Assembly: GCA_964035545.1 (NCBI GenBank)
Contig: OZ037767.1
Location: 5,968,707 to 6,032,706, forward strand
Reading direction: 5' to 3'
Source of the DNA: Bugula neritina
Taxonomy: Eukaryota; Animalia; Bryozoa
Length of the DNA stretch: 64,000 bases
The notes under the pieces were generated by a model. That model searched no databases, had not been told where the DNA came from, and was given only the letters and a program-made list of their open reading frames with translations. How positions within the stretch are numbered: position 1 is the stretch's first letter; each line of letters begins with the position of its first letter. Position numbers and translations under genes: made by a program. This document shows, in pieces, positions 50,201 to 62,200 of the stretch.

Positions 50201-53200
50201 GACAATAGTAAGGGTGGTGTGACAGTGTGTTTTGTGACAATAGTAAAAGTGGTGTGACAGTGTGTTTTGTGACAATAGTAAGAGTGGTGTGACAGTGTGT
50301 TTTGTGACAATAGTAAAGGTGGTGTGACAGTATAGGTGTTTTATGACAATAGTAAGGGTGGTGTGACAGTATAGGTGTTTTGTGACAATAGTAAGGGTGG
50401 TGTGACAGTATAGGTGTTTTGTGACAATAGTAAGGGTGGTGTGATGATTTGCCACAGTGCTTGTTAGGAAGACACTTGGTAACTTACTGCAGGTACAATA
50501 TTAATTGGGAGTAGATGGAGCAGTTTGTTAGAGTAGATGAGCAGTTTGTTAGAGTATATACTTATACGGTAGTTAGTAATAGCGAGTTTGCCATGTTTTG
50601 GGGTTGATTTTGCCAAGCAGCTTATTTCATTGATATAAATAAACCCCATGCGTGTTTAAAAGCCGTGGTAAACCAATGTTGCAAATTTATAGTTGTCCTG
50701 CATCGAAGAAAAAAGAGTTTTAGCAGCCATCTCTATTTGAGTTTTATGTATTGCTCTCAGATAAATTAATGCTGGTTATATGTGAGTCAATTTATTTCCA
50801 TGTAATTCATAAAAGTGTGTAACGAAGCAATATGTATTCTGTCTGGTACGCTAAAAGTATTTTCATACAGTTTTAAGGAAAAATATTAGTGATATTTTTC
50901 CAGTCCAACTCATTATAGAATGGACATTGTTTCCATTAATTTACTGAATTTCTTACCTCGTTTATTAGAAGACATGTTACTATGTTGGTGTAACTGTAGA
51001 ACTGCCAGTTGCAACTGTTCAACCTGCTGGAAGAGCCACTCAGAATCCAAGTGATGTTGGCTCAGATTTATTCAGAGATGTGGAAGAGAAACGGATACTC
51101 TATACAGAGTCAGGTGAGTAGCTTCACCTGCTACCTCTGTCAGCTCTGTGGCAGCGGTAGCAGGTGAGTAGCTTCACCTGCTAGCTCTGTGGCAGTGGTG
51201 ATGCCCATACCCCGGTATATGGCCCTCGCCCTTTTGGCTCAGTACAGCTGCCTCAAAGTGTCGTAGCTACTCGAGTACTTCTTCTTTCTGTACGACATCT
51301 CGCCAATTCCTTGCAACTTCATCTGAGTCTTCGCCAGCACTCAGTAGTAGCAGTAAGTAGTACTGCTACTACTGAGTGTCAATCATCTCACTGGAAAGAA
51401 GTGAAATAATTCTGACTACCATTTCCACGTCAATCCACTGATGCAGTTGCAGCTATTACAGTGTATGATGGCTATAGTTGCCATTGCATTGCATCCCCAC
51501 CACCACCATTTCTACTCTGATTTCTTCTAGCAAATAGTCTTATTACCTGACAGCCACTAGTCATTCTAAGACTGAAACAATTGTCTTTTCTGCTTTAACA
51601 ATAAGTTGCATTAACATCACTAATATCAGTAGAGCTACTATGGCTACAGCTGCAACTAACTGAACATGACTGTGACTGTATACACCTGCTATAACCTGCT
51701 TGCAGGTGTACTATTACATGTACGTCAAGTGTCGTCCTGAGATGTACGACAGAGATATTCAACTCATACAGTCAGTAGCTGCAGTCTTGGATCCCAACTC
51801 CTTTCTTATACACGTCATTCACAAGTACAGCCTCACCTCAATATTCCAGTAAGTACACTCCAGTCTACTAAATATTCTTTGTTCATGTGAGTAAAATTCT
51901 TAGCCTAGTGTATTTTAATATATGTTATTCTAATGCTTTATAATACGACTTTTGTTGTAGTGTATATTATTAATAATACACGGGATAAATAATGTGGATT
52001 ATAATGTATAGTATTGTGTTATTATGTTATGGTAGCCTGTGATATAGATCTAGACATCATTGTATATTAAATTAAATTACTTTTATAACCTGGCGGTTGA
52101 ATATTTCAGTAATTTTTGTAATTGTCTACCCTTGTAAGATTGACTCCAATAGCGTCATGTCATATTTGTAGAAACAGCGACTCACAGTTTACCACTCTTT
52201 CTGTAAAACAGACCACAGAAATTGTGAAAGAGATGCTACAGCTGTTAATAATCATACTGGGCGAGAGATATGTGGAAGGGGTGGGTAAAGTCACGCCCCA
52301 ACAGATTGTACAGAGGGAAATCATACATCTATTGGCTATCAGCAGAAGCTCTCATAGTGACCTTGATAAGAATATGCCAGAAGATGTAAGTTGAATGGTT
52401 CTTCTTGTGTGTTTATTATCTTGTAAAAAACCTGAAATGAGTTTATGCGTTGATTATCGTCTAAAGCCACAATAGTTTTTGAAAGACACGGTGGTACAGG
52501 GTTAACAACATGATTTGAGAGTTGTAATGTGGTATAGGAGCCAGTCTAACTATATGTTTACGAACATCACCAATACCTCTGCTGAAATTCAAACCCACAG
52601 CCTTTCACATGCCCCGTGCTAGACCTGTACTCTAGCCACTAAATCACAGCTGTGTTGACTGTATATACTGCATCTACAGTATATACAGTATATACAGTAG
52701 CTACTGTATATACTGTATATACTGCATCTACAGTATATGCTGTATATACAGTATATACTGTATCTAATGTATACACAGTGTCGGTTTAGCTAATAGCCAC
52801 TAGACCACAGCTGTACTCTATACACAAGTAGTCTGGTCCGTATATCTCTCCTTATTCCCTGCAGGTAAACTCTGAGACTCAACTGGAGAACTACGTGAGG
52901 GAAGTTGCAGATTTCACCAGAGACTCTACTGGCAAGGGAATGTACACATTGATGGACGAGTGCCGAGCACTCTTTAACCCGTGTTTCTACCATTACAGTA
53001 AGGCTGACCAGAGCAAGGCCGAGGACTCTCAGAAGATGTTTAGGAAGAACAGCGGTCTAGATGGAGGTTAGTCTGTATAGTATATTTGTGTAGTTTTTAC
53101 AGTAGTTAGTAGAGTTGGTATTTTATTTCTCTGCTATGATGTAAAAATATGGGGAGCAGTGAGTGCTAGTTTATAGGTTTGAATCCCGGCTGGTGATGAT

Positions 53201-56200
53201 TGCTCGAGCAAAAGCCCTCAAACCATGTTTGTCACCCACCATTGTAATAAACAGAGTGCTTAGCTAGATTATAGAAATTTTACTAACATGTGTTTTTACA
53301 AGGATGGAGACTTTAAACAAATATGTTCATTTTATAGAAAAACTAAAGTAGTTCTATAATATCTGTAAAACAAAATTATAAAAAGCAGCCATTTATATGT
53401 ATATTTGTTTGCTGCTTTATTTTTTGTGAACATATTTGCATATATTATTCTACATTATGTCATGAAATTAAATAATTTGTGTGTTTGAATTGTATAGCCT
53501 TGCCCATACCATTCACACCACCGTGGACTGAGCGATATTCCAGCGTCTCCAGACTCTTCACGTGTGACGTTATGCTGCACGTCATCCACACACTGCTCTC
53601 CAACATGGTGGTAAAGAGATCACGCATAAGATCGGAATCGCACCTGGAGAAAGTTCTGCATCTGATCACATTAGCTCTGCATGAAGACAAACACGAATTT
53701 GCTGCCGGTAACAAATCTCTGCCATTTACCAACGCTGCGCAGCGGTACAAAGGCAGCAGCCCATACTCTTCGGGTAAGAAAGATTCTCGGGGTTTTTTGT
53801 CGAGCTGCTATTAGTTGTTGTGTCTACTTTTGTTTTAGTGTTTTTTATATTACCAGTCTTGGTTACTTGCTTGAAAATTGTTAGCATTTTGTTGGAATGT
53901 GGTTGAGTTTTGCTGTCATTATTTATAGTTTTACTGATTGTTGATTGTTAACAGAGAGACTGGGTTCTAGGGAGTTGTCTATCTTGGACTTGTTGAATGA
54001 ATGCCAGAGTTCTGAGCACGTGACTCATGCTCCCCTCAAAGACCTCCTCGGACACGTCCTCAAGTACTTCTCAGAGGTGGCCGGCATGGGCCACGGGTGT
54101 GGCAGCAGCATCGTGACTAAGAAGAGGAGTACGGAGAACTTAGACAGCGCTGCTCAGGCTGCCATAGATAGGCAGAAGGCATTGAGGGTATCCATTACTT
54201 CATCCCTTATTAGTAGCTTGTAGTAGAAAGCATTAGATTGAAGGTAGAGTTTACTTTCTAGAGCTAGTGTACTTATCAGGATGAGTGCCAGAATAGAAAG
54301 GGTGGTCCCTCCCCTCCCCTGCCTTGTGACCTGCTAAATGCTCCTGCTCATAACTAAAACAAGAGAAGCAGTTTAGAAATTATCCCACTTGTAATTTTTA
54401 TTATTTTGCATGTGTTCTAAGCTAAGCACAGTTATTATGTAAGAAGTAAGTCAGCAAAGTATAGAAACATATTACACGCTGTTTATATCAGCTGTTATAC
54501 TCGCCATAGACTTCAACCTCAGCGTTTACTCTTCAGGCTAAAAAGGCTGCTAAAAGCAGATCTAAAATAATAGAGAAGATGATGAAAGCACAGCAGAAGT
54601 TTATGGACGGAGCTGCTGATCTGTTTCAGACATGTAATGTGGAAAGTGAGGGGGCCAAGGAGACCACCCCTATGGACTGTAGGTGAGTTTTAGTCATATA
54701 TCCAGTAAGACCTGGAGCTAAGGTAACCACAGAACATTCTACTGTTTTGCTTCGAACACTTGAGCTCTTTCTAATTTTGGTAAATGGCAAAAGATGCTTG
54801 AATGCATTTAGCTACACCATGTCTCCTGAAAGTTCAATGCTGATGTAAGATATTAGTTTCTAGTTGTGCTAGATGTACAGCTGCTCCCTGTTTTCAGCCT
54901 AATATTTGTTAATAATTTAGTGACAGTTTGGCTGAAGAGCCCGAGACTCCTGTAGCCTTGGGACCCAACAAATCTGCCGCCCGCCCTCACTTGGAGAACT
55001 ATGTGTGTATACTATGTCAGGATGCTTCCACCATAGACGATGACACTACGGTGGTCTACTCAGCTTTTGTACAGAGGTATGTTCCCAGATTGCAGTAGCT
55101 ACTGGAGCTAAACTCGTACTACCTTTATATTTGACCATCTGGACATTGTGAGCTAATTGATTGGTGGCTCAAACAATATATCTTTGTTTTCATGATATAT
55201 AAAATCCTATTGTACTGCATACCTGTACGCCACCGATCCTAGTTCTGTAGGTGATATTTATGATGGTTTTGTATGTCATTACTTGGTGCAGTATTTACTA
55301 TGATTACCTTGACCTTTCACAACATCTCTAAGCTCATTTAGTTTAGCTGCCGTCATCTAACTATTAACATCATCATATTTTTGATGACGCATGTGATGCA
55401 CAGCTACAGTACATCCTGTCATAGATATATGCTGTCTCCACAGATCCACGGTGCTGTCTAGAAACAGCTCTCACCGAAACACTCATGAAGACACTACAAC
55501 TGATGTCTCGGTTTTACTCGTTCCATCAGAACTAAGTCATGGCGTCTTCACCACCACCTGTGGCCATGCAATGCATGCTAGCTGCTTCAAGATGTAAGTT
55601 TACTTTACATCCCTTTCATATATGTACTCTTTTATTTGTATAATAATGCAGCAGTGAATATAATACTAGCAGACGTACAGTAATGTAGCAGTAAATATAA
55701 TACTAGCAGACGTACAGTAATGTAGCAGTGAATATAATACCAGCAGACGTATAGTAATGCAGCAGTGAATATAATACTAGCAGACGTACAGTAATGTAGC
55801 AGTGAATATAATACTAGCAGACGTACAGTAATACAGCATTGAATATATTAGCAGACGTACAGTAATGCAGCCATGCTGCTATGTAATTGAACTTTTCTAA
55901 TCCATACCTGCTACTTCTATCATTGCTATTTTTTATGCAAAAATTAGGATTATTAATTTTTGAAAGGAATAGAATTGATAATGAAATATATGTCGGAAAA
56001 AAATTATTTGCATTGCACATATTATATAGAATGTTAATGTATAACCGAACCCCTTCATGTTGTGATTACTAAAGAGCTGTACTGTTTACTTTGCATAGAT
56101 ATCACGACTCCGTCGTAGCCCGAGAACGAAGGCGTGCACAACGAGCTCTATTTCAGTATTTAAACCCAGCATTTGACTTTGATAAGGGGGAATTTTTCTG

Positions 56201-59200
56201 TCCGCTCTGTGAATCCATAGCCAACTGTGTTCTACCAGTACTACCATGTGCAGGGAGGAAAGATTCAAGCCAGTATGTTAGCAATATAGCAATATAATTG
56301 TGAAACTGAATGTTTCCAGAAATTTCTAATAGTTTTCTACTTATTGGAATATATTAATATGACTTATGTAAGTGACTTGTATAAATCACTAAACCGTTGA
56401 ATTAAAGGCTCTTTTTTCAATATTACACTCATGTAATCAGTGGAAATCATCACTTTTATAATCTCTATTCGAATTGGAAATGGATAAACAGCCTTATTTA
56501 TAAAATGATTAGTTACACAGTTTAGCTGTAACAACCACAACTATTTTCCGAATCTCCTGAAGATTTTTGTTCAGCTTCATAGTTTGACTATATTCAATAT
56601 ATACTAGGATTATGCATTTCATTGACTGGGAGCTGTGTATGCAATAGTTGATGCGTGAATTGTTTTCATATTTGCTGCATTGTGCCATTTTATATTGAAA
56701 ACTTTCACGTTAGCTGTATTTTCTACAAGTTTGATTTTATCAAGATTTTTACATTAGAAGAAATTGCTCTTTTTGCTTTGTGAGTTTTCATCATTTACAA
56801 GTTCGAAATTTATATTTAATTGTTCTAGATCACCTCCAGTTTGTGCAGTGAATTTATCTAATTGGTTAAAAATATTGACCCAGTTAGCTCAACCCGATAG
56901 TGCAATGTCGTCATTAGAAGACAACTGTCCAATCCCTGACCTAGCTAAAGTAGCAGCTGATACCGTCTATACAAATCTTATGGAGCTGTATGACTTCCTG
57001 TCATCTTCAGCCAATCAGTGAGTTTCTTGTAGTAATGCCTATGAACTGGCCAATCACAGCAACTCTTATTACACATCATTAAGTGAGCCATCCTATCAGA
57101 GTCTTCTTACATTTTTATCAGCTGCTTGCACTGCAATGTTCATAGATGATCAGTTTTCTAAGCAAAGCTTGTGGTATTTCTTATCTTTATTGCATTTTGA
57201 TTGACAAACTTATTCTGTGAGACAAACTCCAACAGCGTTACGCCAATTAATGCTGACGTAAAAACTGTGTGTTACAGAACCGAGTTGTCTGAAGAAATGG
57301 CAGCTACAGTTGTCAAGTTTCTATCTACTATCTTTGCTGTCGGCAAAAATAAAAAGGTGGGTATTTACCATGTCTATCCGTTGGGCATTGCAAGTAATAA
57401 TGACATGTTTTCAATAAAACGTTTTAAAAATATAACAAAAAAATGTTGTGTAAGCTGTTTGCAGGGTTGTCTCCCCACAGCTGTTGCTTTTTATCAGGAT
57501 CATATTTAACTTCAAAGTTTTGAAATGTTTGTTGCAGCTATCAGCCATTTTGTTTTTAAATATCCTTCTAAAATTAGTATTTGCCAAGTTGTTTCGCCTT
57601 AATGTGAATAAATATGAGTACTTTGTTTTACCTCACTTTGATTAAACAAGCTACTCTGTTCATGGAAATGCTACACACATTTAGATCTGGCAAATGCGAC
57701 ACAAATGTTCTGCGAAGTTCCACAAAACATTGAAGTGTGTCCCTAGTAGCTCTATTTTTAGTTCCAGTCAGTAGCTGTATAGTTACTCCAGTGTAATAAC
57801 ATGTATACCTCTATCTGTATTGTGTAATAACATGTATACCCATAACGAAACTTAGACAAATAATGTCTTTCTTTTCGTCAAATTGGCCAGTCTACACTAC
57901 AAAGAGTTATCTCCTCTGTAAGATTACAGCCCATCAAATTAGTAATCGCAACTGCTAGTCATACTCTAAATGACTGGTGTCTGGATAATGCTTTAACTAT
58001 ATATACATTTGTATGTGATTTTGCCATCTATTCATATTACTGGCCCTATTTTCATAATATATCTACCTGCATATTAAGTAGTGTGATTAAATATCAACTT
58101 TTCTGGTTATGCCGTTTAACCAGTAAATGTTGGAGTTTTCCTCCCTTACAGAATGATAATCCGGACCTCCTGGAAGACTCTGAAATAGCCCCTCTGATTT
58201 GGAACACCACAGCCTACACTATCCAAGTCATGGGTAGGTTCCGCTATTAAGTAGCAGCTATGTCATGGGATAAGCACTACACCCACACAGTGTGCGTATT
58301 GCATACGTACTCACATACACCCACACATTACCTGTTTCATGTACATTTACTCTCACATCACTTATGGCACTACCAATTGTGATGCCTATACAGGTTACAG
58401 TTTTACTTCACGCAAACTCCAAGTTTGGCTTTGAAGGGCCAAGGATTTCAAGTTTGAGGGGATAACCTTTTTTAGTTGAATTTTTGTGCTAAAGGAAAAT
58501 TATTTAAGAGCTATTTTGTAAATATACTTTGCAATTTTTGATATAAATGTTGGTTGTCACATTGTCACAGTAAGCTTATACATTGTCACTTATATAGAGG
58601 TAGCTGATGACAATGTATAGTCTTACTGTGGAAAGAATTGCATTAAGATATTCCTTCAACAATTGTGTCTGACTGTAGCGTGTCGTTCTTTCTGCAGAAC
58701 AAGTAATCCGATCTGACAACAAGCCTCTCTTTGGCCATTTGTCTCTCCGACAGGAAATGTGTATGTCTCTTCTGGTCAGATTCTTGTCTGTTTGCCACAA
58801 AGTTATTCCCCAGAACTTTGTTAAATCTCACTGTCAAGTTCTACTCCATGGTGAGTAGGCATATTGAAACTCTTCACTGATGGTTGCATTTGAAATTATT
58901 TGCCTTTTTACTGACTTATTCGCTGCAGTCCAGTAACGTTATGTATACAGCTCATGTTTTGCCTTAGTGACTTCTACTAATATATTCTAATAATTTCTCT
59001 ATTCGTTTATTTTTGAAAACTGGAAATATAATGTAGGCTACACTCTGTTTCGGCAGTATTACTCAGTAGCCTGATATTACATACTTGAGTTTATTGGCAG
59101 AACTGCAGCTGATTTCAAAGATTGTTGAAATAATATATATTAATTAGCAACCACGCCACCCTGTAAATTATGCAAATTTAATTTTTGCGATATGTTTCCT

Positions 59201-62200
59201 ATTTTTGGAATTATTTTTAATTAATGGCGTAGAGTTAACAAGTATCTGTTGAGTCATTGTAATGTTATTCAGGACTGCTTTCACCTGGCCAGCCTGTCTC
59301 ACAGACCTCTACAGTAAACGCAGCCGTGCTGCCTGCACAGCGCAGTAACTCAATTATAGACATCGATGCCTTTCACTACCTGGTGTCTCTCTGCTTTTCT
59401 CTCCCTAGTCTTTTCTCCAGTTCTATGTACACAGTATCAGCTGGTATGTATATCTTCATGTCTATGTACACTGTATCAGCTAGTATGTATATTTCTATGT
59501 CTATGTATACAGTTTCAGTTGCTATGTATATCTCTATGTCTATGTACACTGTATCAGCTGGTATGTATATCTCCACGTCTATGTACACATTGTCATATAT
59601 CATCTACTTGCAGGCAGCATGAATGAACAGTACATCCTGCATTTGGTGCTGTCGGTTCACATGGCACAAATCATGTTGGGTTACCAGACAACTGCGGCAT
59701 CATCCAGCACGACATCAGCACCTGATCAACCACCTGTGACGCCTGTCACCCAGGAGCCTCCATCCTCATCCTTTAACACCGCAGGTAACTTTAATACCGC
59801 AGGTAGCTTTATCACCTCTGGTAACTTTAATACCACAGGTAGTGTGACCCGTCATCATTTCCAAGAACTTTGTATTCTTGGAGTTGTATACTTGCTAGGA
59901 AATGTTGACTGAAGCTGAATATTTTGTTGTCGTTTTTTTAGTGTTGATCAACTTGGTGTGCAAAAGATTTGATACCATTAAATATAGCAGTTATTTTACT
60001 GCTGCTGCTGTATTTCTCAAGTTATCTCAGTATTACTTGGTGTAGAAATAGAAATATGTTATAATTTTAATATCGCAAGCATATGGAGTGGCTATCATTG
60101 CTACATTTGGTCAAACTTCTTTCAAATAGAATATTCCAGTTCATTTTAAATCAAAGCTTTTACAATTAACTGGAATATTATCTAGTTAAACCTGGCTAGA
60201 TTGCAAAAAATTATTAATTTTTTAAAATAAGCATATAGGTAGTTCGAAATCGTACTGCATTTCAATCTAGACCTTTTCTCATTTTCATATAAAGACATGA
60301 CCAGCACTCGGTGTAGTTTTAGCTGACAGGAAATGTATGCCAAGTATTCCTCTCTCTGTTTCAGTCAGCAGTATGGATGTGGCAGAAGACTCTGTCTCTC
60401 TGGTTGAAGTCTTTTCCAAACTTCACTCGGTGATTGGCGCCCCCTATGAGGACGCGGTTACGGAGTCGGCTCTTGAAAACCACCTCATTACGGCGTCACT
60501 CCCTTTTTTACGGTGTGCCGCTTTTCTCTTTTCAAATCTCACAGACGTGGCTGCACCACCGGCTCTCCACGGTTCGTGCTTTCAACTCTCCTTGTCTGTA
60601 AAACTATGCTATTACCTTAACTGAATATTCTATTTTACTATTCATTCTGTTGATACAGCCTCACTATGAGATTGAGTAGAACTGTTACCAAGTCTCAATC
60701 AAATTATAATATTTGCACTGAGTTGCTGTTACACTAAATTATTGTTGCTAAGTGAACTTCTCGATGGTAATCAGTATGAGCATCTCGTACGGATTCATTC
60801 AATGCACAAAGACTAAAACTGTGTTTCCATTGCTTTGCATTATGTGAATGGATGCTCATACGAAGGAATTTGTGGTCATTCGGTGCAACTGTTTCCAACC
60901 ATCGAATGAAAAATCCATTCCCATAATGCGAAGCTTGGAAATGTAGTGATAGTGTGTATTAGGGAGTCAGTATCCTGTCTGTCAACATGTGTCAACATCA
61001 GTAGAAGGTGGGTCAACATGACCTACACCACTGAGTCATGATTTGCCTGGCTACAGGAATTGTCTTTTCAATGTTTACAGCGCTGTGTAGCCCTAGAGAA
61101 GAGTATGAGGTCATCACAAAGTACTTAGACGTGCCAAACCAGCCCGCAGCATTGTTTACTTCTGAAATACTGACAATACTTGTAAACAAGTGTACAAATG
61201 ACAAAAGTATAGCGTCCAGTATATCTAAGAACGTTCGGCCAGTCATGCCTGTTGAATATCCTCTAAAAATTAACTCACTTATAAAGTTACCAGACGACTA
61301 CAGTGAACTAATCAACACTGCCTCCAGATTCACGTGAGTATGACCTTGACATTTCTCTATTGTTTGCTATGTTTTGAAATAACTAAATGTACGTAAGCAT
61401 AGTTGGCTGGTGCGAATTCATAGTGTAGTTCTTTTATGGTGCAGTATAGTATAATGGTAGTTCAGGATGGCATGAAGTTTGGTAAATGAGTATATTTTAA
61501 CAATCATGTAGTTTAAGAACCTGGAGCTGGCTATGTGACCAATACAGTCTAGGTAGACAACTGTGTGAGCTGTATATAGGCCAATACCTGCTGCACACCA
61601 CATGAAAAATGATGTCTACAGTGTAGACTTTGATACATCCGGGTTCCCTTCAGCTATATTTTAATTTTGCACCGCAGTTGAACTTATATTCAAAAAGCTA
61701 GTTGCGTTGATATTTTGAATCTATATAATTTGCATGTATTTCTAAAGAGTTATGACACGTGTTTTTAAAACATTTTGTAAATCTATATCTTTTTGTGGGT
61801 GCGCAATTTTTCTCTCAACATCAAATTCAAGATCTAGCAAGCTGAAACCGAAGCACATCTCTAAAGATATTTTTAATGGACATAGTCTAAGTTAATTATT
61901 CTGTTTACATTTTACGTTTGCAAACCCTGCATATCATTTTAATTCTTTTATAGAACTGTTTGTTGCTATAAATTGTTGCAACTAAAGCTACAGCTATAAA
62001 TTGATACTAATAGTAGTACTGATTACTGAGTAGTGGTAGAGAGATTCTGTAGCATTACTTAATTTTATTTATTTATATTGAGTGATGGTGATATAGAAGA
62101 AAAGCAGCCCATTTCTCTATTTGAAAACCAAGAAAGTAGATTTACTAAAATATTAAATGTGTTTGATTTATAGCAAAAGTGTGTTCAGTAAATTTTCAAT

